Part shown: in pieces, positions 26,736-37,800 of the stretch
Position numbering within the stretch: position 1 is the first letter of the stretch
Layout of the letters: each line of letters opens with the position of its first letter
Notes under the pieces: generated by a model
Databases searched by the model: none
What the model was told of the DNA's origin: nothing
What the model saw: the letters and a program-made list of their open reading frames with translations, nothing else
NCBI RefSeq assembly: GCF_002571385.2
Contig: NW_019217970.1
Span: forward strand, 281,027 to 345,026
Direction of reading: 5' to 3'
Length of the DNA: 64,000 nucleotides
Source of the DNA: Stylophora pistillata
Taxonomy: Eukaryota
Program-made: the position numbers and the translations under genes

Positions 26736-28344
26736 GGGACCGGTCATTATTTATCGCCTGGGGGGGTCGGAGTATTTTTGTTGTCACATCGAAGCATTTA
26801 CCTGATCCCCCCGTAGAGTATCTGGTTTTTTAGAGATCCCCCCTTATCGGTAGTGGAAAGTTTCATGATCCCCCCCCCCTTTTCTCCCAGCCACCGCCAA
26901 ATAACTTTTTGAATATGCAAGTGATATTTTAATAGTGGTACTTACGTCTCATGGACCTTGAACCACAACGGTAAATATTTGCTCGTCAGATACGAACTGA
27001 ATTGTCGAGGAAGTGCCAATCTCAGGCTGTTCATCCAAATCCACGAAAACATAGTCATCGTCGCTCTCTGCCTCTCCACTTTCGGATTCTTCATCCTCGA
27101 ATTCCACGTCATCTTCATCACTCGACAGTTCTTCTGTTATCACAGTCTCTTTATTCTGTCGGTAATAGTGACATCGAATGGCCTTCACTTTGTCAAGTTT
27201 CCGACCCACAGTCGTCAAACCATGCTTGTTGAGATACAGGTCTAGTTCTCTTACCCGCAACTTTTGAACTTTGCCACCCTCGATGAGGTTATCCCATTGA
27301 AAGTCCTTGTACGTTCGTTCGGCCTCTTGCCTTCTTCGCTCCTGAGCTGCTCTTGTTCTGATGTCCTTTCGGATCTCAATATCCTTCAAATGATTAACAT
27401 ATGCAATGACGTGCTTCTCTTCCACATTATATTTTGAGCAGAAGCTCTTCATGGTATCCTGATCGTTTCTGATACTGTCAGAATGTTCCTCGTACAGATC
27501 TTTAATACATTTTCTTGGAAGGTAATCATCTGGTGTCCTGCCCGTCGATTCCGTCTGATAGATATCCATGAAATGTCCAGGATTGTTTGAATCTGGTACA
27601 GGTTGCGGAATTCTTTCCGTTTCTGGACCGACCCATCTATTGTTAGAACACCAGGAACAGAGATTGGAACTTTCTTCTCTTGACTCTTTACAGGCATCAC
27701 GACAGAATTCCATAAAAAGTTCTCCACGAATATAGTGGTCTTCCATAAACGATTCGATCTTTCGGAAGTATGCTGCACCGGGCGCTTGCTCTTTGTTTCG
27801 TTCTGATGCACCCCGATAGTTGTCGAGGTAAACAGAATTGAAAAAGAATAATTCATCAGGGGACTCGCTTACTTTGCTCTTGATGTAATCTTTAAGGACA
27901 GGGGCATCATCAATTCTCTCGGCTACCTGACTACAGACATACCAGGCATTTTTCTCCATCCGTTTCTTTTCGTACTCTTCGTATGACTGGAGAGACAGTT
28001 GTTTGATTTCCTCTTCTGAAAGATCCTCAAATCTCCTATATTTTTCCCACTCTAGAGTTGCGCCATCCACAAGAGCATCAGAAATTGCCGAGTTTGTTCT
28101 TTCGGCTTCACCTTGCCCGCTGTCGCCCCTCGAACGATGACATCGCACTCTATAATCGGAATTGTGAACCCTTGCTAACTCGGCGTCTCGAAATCTAACT
28201 TCGTAGTTGGAAACTCCCACGCCCGGNCCGATAAGGGGGGATCTCTAAAAAACCAGATACTCTACGGGGGGATCAGGTAAATGCTTCGATGTGACAACAA
28301 AAATACTCCGACCCCCCCCCAGGCGATAAATAATGACCGGTCCC
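26736..28344 (-). mobile_element. DNA transposon with ~115-bp terminal inverted repeats and TTA target-site duplication; Zator-like, partially assembled
   Basis: GGGACCGGTCATTATTTATCGCCTGGGGG... at 26736 is mirrored as an inverted repeat ending at 28344. TTA flanks both sides (26733-35, 28345-47). There is an internal minus-strand ORF and an N at 28227 next to the right TIR. Confidence 0.8.
26949..28226 (-). CDS. 5'-truncated transposase-like ORF (C-terminal part) with a SAP-like motif and acidic tail
   Basis: A 423+ aa open frame begins at the N junction inside the TIR element: PGVGVSNYEVRFRDAELARVHNSDYRVRCHRSRGDSGQGEAERTNSAISDAL resembles the region around the last catalytic E of Zator-type DDE transposases (inference). 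WDNLIEGGKVQKLRVRELDLYLNKHGLTTVGRKLDKVKAI resembles a SAP motif. Confidence 0.6.
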   Translation of the reverse strand, partial: PGVGVSNYEVRFRDAELARVHNSDYRVRCHRSRGDSGQGEAERTNSAISDALVDGATLEWEKYRRFEDLSEEEIKQLSLQSYEEYEKKRMEKNAWYVCSQVAERIDDAPVLKDYIKSKVSESPDELFFFNSVYLDNYRGASERNKEQAPGAAYFRKIESFMEDHYIRGELFMEFCRDACKESREESSNLCSWCSNNRWVGPETERIPQPVPDSNNPGHFMDIYQTESTGRTPDDYLPRKCIKDLYEEHSDSIRNDQDTMKSFCSKYNVEEKHVIAYVNHLKDIEIRKDIRTRAAQERRRQEAERTYKDFQWDNLIEGGKVQKLRVRELDLYLNKHGLTTVGRKLDKVKAIRCHYYRQNKETVITEELSSDEDDVEFEDEESESGEAESDDDYVFVDLDEQPEIGTSSTIQFVSDEQIFTVVVQGP

Positions 28345-29369
28345 TTATAAGGCAACACTCCACAGTTCACATTTTTTCCATCCTGAGAAATCGTTTGAAA
28401 ACACCTGTCTGTTTAAACGAGCTGAACTAAGAAAACCCACTGACAGGAAGGTTATTCAATGTCAGATAGTTCTCACGTTTGCGTTGTGTTAAATTCCATC
28501 ACCATAAATAAACCTAGTGACTTTAGAATCAAAGAATACCACAGCAGGTAAAAAGGTAAAACGAAAGAAGGAATGAGAATGTTTAGAGAGTAAGAAGCTT
28601 AAAAGGAATCTCAGATGACGGACGTTGAGAACTTTGGCTCAGTTTCAACGTATGCTTACAAAACTCCTTTAAAAAAGAAACGAACGTGCCTTGCTTGAGT
28701 TTCATTGCATCCTGTGTGATAACCTTAAGCAGGAGAAAAACACAAAGACATAACTGGTGTCCAGCTTCTCACGGTGAAAATTATGTATTTGAATATGAAA
28801 AAAAATTGCAATAAAATACTGCTAACCGCGTCACGTTTATCTTGATGATTTTCAGAGTTATTTCATCGAAATTTTTTATCGTCAATTGTTTTTATGTAAA
28901 GATCGCCTTTCGCTAACCTTAAACGATCGCTCCCCGAAAGAGCGTACGGTCATAACATTTGGCTAGGAAGTTTCCTCGGAAAGCGGCGGCTGCACGGACG
29001 CAGACTGCATTGCCATAAATAAGTGTGACTCAGTTTCAAATGTAGAACCTTAGTCAAGTTGAATGTTTTGATAATCACTATTTTAAGCGAACCGCAAAAC
29101 ATGATAGTGTGACGACAGAATTAGTCAGCCCCAAAACAAAAAGCGTCAGGGAAACGTAAATTGATAGGCAAGTGCTAAAATGAAATTTGAATAGCACATA
29201 AATTGTTCAAATTTTTTTAAGTAATTATTTTCTTCACACGTTGGGTGTGCAATAAATACTAGTTCTGGGTGAAAATTAACCTTCAAAGTCGCGCTGAAAA
29301 TAAGACAGGGAAAAATGAAAATGGGAAGGAAACTGAAATTAGAAATAGACTGTGTATGTGAAACGAAAG

Positions 29370-29370
29370 G

Positions 29371-29407
<37 letters not shown>

Positions 29408-29670
29408 TAACTTTTACTTTTATAGCCCTCTTGTTCTATGTTCAAGGCGCTTTACAACACTGTGCGGGAGACTTTACCAGACTGCCAGTGACAGTTTACA
29501 ATCAACAAAGGCGAATATTTTACAGATGCCCCATTCCCCCAATACCCAGTAAACAGGCCAGACCACATCACAGTATTCTCGTGATGTGGGTTCTTTAACG
29601 TCCCCTGCCTAATCAAATTATCTAATTAATAGATGCAGGGGACGGGACCTACGGTTTATTCGTCCGTAGG
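29370..29670 (-). mobile_element. 5'-truncated SINE with (AAT)n tail
   Basis: (AAT)n at 29371-29409; CCCAGTAAACAGGCCAGACCACATCACAGTA.TCTCGTGA.GTGGGTTCTTTAAC is shared with 14897-14950. Confidence 0.65.
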
Positions 29671-31856
29671 ATCATCGCATTTGGTATTATTTCATATAGC
29701 AACACAATGCAACGTGGAATGAGGAAATTGTCCAATAGTTTGAACCCGCTTAAGTTCCATTTCCGGCGCGCGAGTTGACGTCATAGCACTCCCGGATCTC
29801 TTGACGCTTTTCCCACCTTCTCGCGTCACGTTTTCGACACTCCGATGCTCAACTAAGCGCGCCCTCGCGTCTTCACCGCCTCGCGAGCTACCTTGCGCGC
29901 AGACTGACACATTTTGCGTTGTCGTTACCATTTGTGCTAAGAATTACGATCCCAAAGGAGTCTTAGGTCAGTATGTTAGCAGACGGATAAAGCTAATCTG
30001 TTGTTCAACCCTTTAGTAACTGAAGTGTGGGGGGAATCCTCCATTTAGGGTCATTCATTCGTTCTCCTTGAAACTGCACTTAAAAAGTTGTAAGTGCTCT
30101 ACCGACTTGTCCTAAGCATGCTCTAAACAAGTGTTTCGTAAACGCTCAACAACCTTCTTTCGCGCATTGCGTGCTTAGTCGAGGTAATCGTGCTTATATT
30201 CTTCCTTTGTAAAACAAAACGAACTCAGCCGCGCACGCGTTGCGTCTTACCACCACTCTACCTTATAACCGAGATACAAATTTGTGATAAGTGAATAAGA
30301 AGGCACAACGTTTTTCAGCTGTTAAGAATGGGTTCCTTGTTGTCTAAAGCGAGAGAATTATCGAGCTAGTCGCAAACTTCTGCCTCCCGGCTTTGTTTTC
30401 ATCGCATTGGTCGAAAAAAAAAAACCGGATAGGAAAAATTCAAAGATTTGTTTCCGGAGCTAAGTGTCAGCGCGATAAACTTTTATGAAAACCAACTGAT
30501 TTAGACTAAACAGCTCCCCTGTACGAAATGGATGAATGGAACGACATCCGGTGGAACCTCTGCACCTATAGAGGCCTCGAAACGTTTCCTCGAATTTTCT
30601 CGGATCTCGCAAACCTCGCTCGCGGGTGTTTTACAGAATCACCATCCGACCTTTGCTATCACGTGTGCCGATACAAATTTATGCTGCGTGTTTGAAGATG
30701 ACCTATAGTCGGCTTAGCTGACTTGATTTTATTTTGAATATGCCTAAATCTTGAGTTTGCGAGAACAAACAACGCTTAATCGCACACCTTCCTAAAACAT
30801 ATAGAGACAAGTGGACAGATCCGCCCTGTTTTATCAAGTTTAAATTTAATATATCAAAGTTTGCCAAGAAAAAAGTCCTTGGCCCAAAACAATATGACCT
30901 AATTTCCGCTCTCAAAACGATTATGTCATAATTATCCGAGATCACCCTCTTAAAAAACTTCGCAAACGTTCCGCTGAAACCAGCTTATTTAGTATTGTAT
31001 TTTTTATTCACACCTTTAGATTAATTAACGTCAAGGAAATGAAATTTATCTTGCACAAAAATAGTAACATCGTATGAATTAAATCTATTGTTTATGTAAT
31101 TTCCAGGAACAATAGGTTAACGCCGCACCCAGAAAATTCCATGGCAGATCTGTTATGTCCTGCAGTTAGAAAAGAAGCCGTCAGAGGATTTAACCTTTCT
31201 CGTTTCCGTGTTTTCACATACCTATCAATTTTTTTTTCATTCCACCTGAGGCATAAACAGGAACAATTATCTTTATTTAGAGATGGTCAAAATACCGCAG
31301 CACATGCTATGTGAAGTGATCCAGAGTGACCTTCAAACCTGGCCAACTATCCAGTGAAAACAATATTTAACTATTTATTTTGACATGTTTGCTCCTATTT
31401 AGTTAAATATTTAAAGTCGTCATGAAAAGATTTCGAGAGAAAGGCATACAAAGGCAATGACACTGCTTAAAAGATAATTATTAGACTTTTTAAAAAAGTG
31501 AAAAATTGGTTGATTTTTCATAGTTCAAATTTTGCGGCATTTATGCCAAAAAGAGCTCAGATTTGACGCAGCTTCAGAGATACGTCCATCTCATTAAGGT
31601 GACAGGTGACACTAACATCATTCTCGATTGAAACAGGAAACTACTCTGTCAACTATTTATTTTTCTATAGTCAACGAAACTTGAGACTCACATTGATGCA
31701 TTGGGTTACAGCGAAGAACGCCGTCATTCCATCAAGTTGACGCCTTCTTTCATAGTTATCTAGCCACCGTAACGCTTGCTGCCTCAGGGTTTGCTCAGTC
31801 ATTTGGAGTTTAATCGTTGGAAAATTTTTCTGTGTTTTATTGGAAGAGAATTACAG

Positions 31857-34800
31857 ATGTCGCGAGCGAGTGTTCTTCTGTTCGCCTGTTTGGCGTCTTT
31901 TTGCAGTCTAACAAGTGAGTATGTTCACTGATAAAGTTGAATAGTGAGATTGTGTCATGTTCTGCTGGCGCGATTATTAAACTCTATGGATATTTCATCG
32001 AAACAAGCCCAGTTAACGATTTTCTATGCTCTGTGTAAATTTTTTAGGGCTAAACGAGTGAAATTTGTTTAGCGACATAGGCTTATGTCATAGGGCGGTA
32101 GTCAGAGATAAACGTTGCTAATTCGAATGGAGATCTCTTGTGTTGTTCTCAAGCATCTTGACGCGCGTGGCCGATTAATTTTTCACTTCAACGGCTTCAT
32201 CTTTATCAGCGGACATACAGGGTAGAAATTCTACACTGAGACAGTACGGTTTATTAGTCGCTTCCTCAAAATAACCTTTGTGAACGCCCCTTGTTTCACA
32301 CGGGGTGGCATTCTTAGAGAGAACAAAATGAAAAAGGCTTCACTTCCTTCTTTCGGTCATCTGGATCTGTCGATTAGTATTTTCTAATTTTAAAGAATTA
32401 TGCCCTGAGGATTAAAAGTATATTCTCAAGGTAGAAGTTTCGTTGATTGTAGTGTGACATACACAGAAAGAACAAAACTCATTTCAAATTATTGTGTTGA
32501 AGAAACGATGAAAGCTGAAATCGAGTACGTCTTATGTTATAGTGGAGTATGTTTTTGTGGAGTGGTGTCGTTCTTTCGTTTCAAATTTTCATTGTTCTCT
32601 GTGGGATTATTTTCTATTTTCTGTCAGTTTTACCTTCATCAAGCTCGTTTCGTCTATGACCGTGTATCGGACAAGGTCGTTCGAGAAATATGTTATCATG
32701 CTACAAGTATTCATCACCAAACATCAACATTCTTTGTTAGACCTTTTATTTAATTTATATTCAGAGTTGTTCAGAATACACTCAGAACATAGGTCTTTGC
32801 TCATTAGTGGTTCTTCCTTCATTTTGGAGGGTAAAATGAATATTTTTGGGACCGTAATTAGTATTTCGTTTCGTCGTATTGCCAAGACTAAATAAAATGC
32901 CTTCCATGATAGAATCACGCGCTCCCTTTCAGTCGAAAATTGTTCCAAATGTCATATAATAGGTAAAAAATGTTAGAAGTCTCTTTTCCGAGTTTCGTGA
33001 AGATTGTTCCTATGTCATCTACGAAATACCCCAAATTAAGCGACTCACTAGGCAAAACCTTAGTTAAACTCAAATTATTTCAGGTTACTTTTACGATGAA
33101 CCACAAGTTTACATTCTGAAAAGCTTCTATTCTCTAAAAGAACTCTTTTCGTTTTTGTGTATTTACGCACTATTGAAAAGAAAGCATCTCGGTTAAATAT
33201 TTGTCCTGTGGGCTTTTAGACTGAATCGAACGTGACCAGAGAAAGTGGAAGTTGTTTTGTTTCACTCAAATTCTATTGTTACAAGCATAGCTTAAATACC
33301 GTTTTGCACGCGAAAGAGCTGCCGATTTTTCTCTATTTTGAGGTTGTTTTTTCAATAAATTTTAACGTTTAGCTTTGGTGACAATGAATTTTAAAGTCAG
33401 TAACTAGAGAAATGACTGCAAGTTTTCATATTTCTCCTAAAAAGGACAGTTTATAATTTTCCACAATTTTCTTTCGTTAAATTATTCATGACAGGATTAA
33501 GCCAAACCAATCGGCTATGGATTTGCAAACGTTTTAAGCTGCCCTGATACGTGCTCTGCCTTACGGCAGTGTACGTCAGTTTAAACTGATATGACGACAC
33601 CTTTGGGAAAGTTCTGCAATTTTGCACGTTTCCGTTCTGATAAAGATCGCGTACCAAACATTTTGAAAAGGCTTACAAGTTTGTTGTTGTTGTTGTTGTT
33701 TTCAGTCCAATTTACGCTAAAAAAAAAGGCAGCTTGCTATATAACATTGGTTGAAGACTCCTCAAAAATGAAGCGTCCTATCAGAAACAGAATGAAATTA
33801 GAGTTGAGTTGTTTGTTAAAAAAGATATTGTTCCAAATTAGCCAAATTGAAAATTATGGGTCAAACCATCAATCCGTTATCTCACCTGTTTTTCATCATA
33901 TTTGAGCTGCAATAAAAATGTTTACATGTGTTGTTCTTTCTACAAAGTCAAAGCTTATCATCCAGCCCACAGTGTAACTAGCTCTTGTTAAAGTGATATT
34001 GTGCATGTTTTCAAATTTAAATGTGCTTCATCCCAACAATTAACAACCGTGTCAAACAGATGGGTGAGGAGATTTAAGAAAATTATGAGTTAAGAGTTGT
34101 TTTAAACACTTAGATCATGAAGTGAAGGGGTTACTTAAAATACTGAGTTCCTGTTTTAAAATACTTTTTTCCTCTGTTTAACCCTTCAAGTTTAAGATCC
34201 AAATAGTATTTCTACCCACTGAGGCAGTTCCTTCTTAATTAGAGGGGGAATTTGGTGTTATGATGACTTGACACCCACTAACTGATAAGCTTGTCTATTC
34301 CCCTTACCTATTTGCAAGATACACTGGTAAATTAGATTTAGGCTTAACTACTTAATTTGGTCTTTACATGGCACTGTTTTTAAGCCATATGAAGCTATAA
34401 ATGGATTGGTTAAAAGTACTTATTTTCTCTTTTTAGTGGCTGATGTAAGTCTTTCAAAATCACTCATTACACCCTCACCTGGAAAGACAAACAGTGTTAC
34501 GTGCACTGTGACTGGTGAGACATTTATAGGATGGTACAAACCAGATGGAACTAAAGTACTCACATCATCCAGTGAAAAAATTTATGTAGAAACTACCGGA
34601 ACTAAATACACGCTTAAAATCACTGCTGTAAAAGTCTCTTATGGGGGAACTTATACTTGCCGAGGATCCTCAAACTCAAAATCTTTGAGAGTGCATGTTG
34701 AGTGTAAGTAACACATTTATTTATTTTACTTATAACCATGAATTTAGCCAGAACAGATTCCTGTAAATGCATTAATCCCTAAGAGTGAGTAGCAACTAAT

Positions 34801-37800
34801 TTCTTCTTATAATATCACCCCCAAATAAAGAATTAAAAGCAGTGCTTGATTGTTAAATAAATTCTCCTTGTCAGCACCCTAGGAAATGTTTATAGAACAG
34901 TCTGGAGAATAATTATCTTAATTACTTATAAAGCAATACATGGTCTTGCCCCGGCCTACATTAATGAGCTAATTTCTGGTAGAGGCACCAGAAGATATGA
35001 TTAATGTTCCAATGACAGCTTACTCCTTTCTTCTTGCAGGGGCAAAACACTCACCACACTTGGTGATTGATCTTCCCAAGCGGTGCCCCCCCCCCCCAAA
35101 TTGTGGAACAATCTTGTGGGCTCTATCAGAAACACCCAATCTTTAAACAAGTTTAAGAAAGCCATTAAGACTTTTTTTTATTTTCAAAAGCTTATTAATT
35201 CCATTCATTTAATTTTTATATTTTTGCATCTTCTTGGTGAACATTTTTAATTTTTTAGTTTTTAGTATCTATGTAGTTGAATTTTTAACATTTAATTGTA
35301 ATGCACAATTGAAAATTCTTATGTTCATAATTGTGCAATATAAGTCTTATTACACGACTCGGGCGGTCCGAGGGCCAATAACTAAAATCAACCAATCAAA
35401 ATGCTCTATTGCCGGTCCAATATTCTCTAAGTATTGGACCGAGCATTGTCCCGAATGGTCCTGAATGATACCGCACTTGTGTCCCTTTGAACTTCTGTCG
35501 TATAATAAATCTCTTATTAACCAAGCTTGCTCGGGACCATACAGGAAGAATATCGACCCTCGGTCTTTTTTGTATGGACCTCCGTACGTACTCTGAAGAC
35601 CTCGGGCCGATATTCTCCCAGTATGGCCCTCGCGCTTGGTTAATAAGATATATATAAATTATTATGGATACTGATGGTAAGGGGTTTATCTGAGAAGTCC
35701 ACAACTACAGGCAGCCTAGAAAACAACTGGATTTAAGAGACTGAATGAAACAGATTGCAATCAACCTATGCTTCCTATGGCTTCTCTTGAATAAAGAACA
35801 TACTAGAAAATTGACCAAGAGTTTCTCTGTATATTTCAGTTGACACGTCAGATGTTGTTCATGTGCAGCACATCGTGATAGGAAAAGAAGGCACCATAAG
35901 ACTTGGGGTTGATGGCTTTCCCACACCAAAATATACCTGGAAGAAAGGGTCAAGAGTGCTTGGGCCAAATGTTGACTCTCGTTACTCAGTTCTTGCTGAT
36001 GGCTCATTAAAAATAAGTAAAGTGGAAAAGTCTGACAGGGGAAATTATACCTGTGGTATTGAGCAGGATGGTGCGGAGGAGGATGTGAAGATTGAGGTGT
36101 ATGCAGTAGGTATGTGGTCTGACACATTACAACTTTTCATAGATGGGCTAGTGTTTAGGATGAGTTAGTAGGGATGCCACATTTTGTTACAACTTTCTGT
36201 TGAATCACATTTGGCACTTCAAAAAGCAGACTGCACTTTAAATTAACTTTGGACAGAAAAAGTGATCATGCAAAGGTTTTTAATAAGGATAGTGTGGGAT
36301 AGTTCACTCATGGGTAATTGGAGCAGAACCACTTACATGAACAACATTCCTGAAATTGAAAATCGTCCATCTTCTTTTGCTCAACTGCTGTGATGGATGT
36401 CCCTTGCTTCGCAGAATACCATTCAACCAGCTATGTCTGCACCAGTTAGACCCATGTTTTCTGCAGCTTCTTGCCATGGAAGGGAGGGGGTATTTTAAAG
36501 GAGTACAGGTCAATTTTGAGTGAGTTAGAGAGGTAGACATCTTGTTGTGTTCCATGAGTGGTTGATTTGGGTAAAGTTGTCTTAGTTAAGGAAGAAAGCA
36601 AACGTTCTTCTTTTATTCTCTAGAACTTCCAAAAATCAAGCCATTCGCTCAAACAAGGAGGTTCTTAACAGAGGGTTACCCTGCCACCTTCTTGTGTGAG
36701 GCCACAGGCTTCCCTCTTCCCAAGTACAAGTGGTTCTCCCCAACAGGTGGTGAGCTGAGGAAATATGGCAACATCAATATTCAAGATGGTAATCTGACCT
36801 TCACAAAAGTCGACAATGCTTTCGAAAGAGGCAATTATAAGTGTGAGGCCTACATCGAGATTGAGGAAACCAAAAAGCAAGTTGGACCAGCGGAAGCTTT
36901 TGTTAAAGTGGTTGAAGTTTATGGTATGGCTTAACAAATTTATTGATAATTAACCAGAGTGGCAAGTCCAAAAGAAGCACCATGGATCTACTTACATCAC
37001 AGAGTTTGGATCTTGAAAAATTTAGTTTATTGTTGGCAATGTTTTGGCAGCCCTCACCCTCAACCAGCTCTCAATCTTTCTTGAATGTTTTACTCCCGCA
37101 ATCTCTTTGCAGGGTATGGCAGATAGATGTGCATGTATTTCCTTTCTTCCCTTACATTTCAAACAGCAGAATTGCCTTTGCATGCACAAGATCTTGTTGA
37201 GTTCTCCCATGCTCTGCAGAATGGCCATTCTGTGTTTTTCCTTCTTCCCATGTTAATTTTTTCTGTGGGTCATTCAACACAACAATGACCAATCAAGGCT
37301 GTGCTCTAAGAAAATTTTCAGGGAGCCCTCTGGGTTCCCAACCATTCTAGCTAGGGTGCCCAGCCCTCCAAGTTGGTGGCCTAAAAATTGACTAATTAAT
37401 AATTTATAATTAATTCCTGTTTTCATCTGTTGATTTTTAATCAAACCATAAATTTCAATAATTCAAGCTGTTTGAAAGCATTTAACTTTTGGTGTTGCTG
37501 TTTACCATATATGATACACTGTTAGATAACTTCTGGCTCCTTTGCTGCGCAAACAAGTTTGACTCCCAGTTAATGGTTCCATCTCCTTAATATTTTTTCA
37601 CAGTGTTAGCGATCTTCAAGATCACCATTCTACAGCTCGAGTCATCTGTGAAGCGCACCAATTTTATGTAAAGCAAAAGGCCAAATGACTGAAATAAAAT
37701 ACCTCCCGTATTAAGAGATTTTTCATAAAAATTTCCTTTTTCGTCCATTTTTCGTAAAAGAAGTGAGGGGCAAAATGAAAATGCCGTACATATTGCAACT

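Noticed and set aside
29146-29552. ORFs with poly-Tyr or poly-Asn
   Set aside because: They are translations of the (AAT)n SINE tail.
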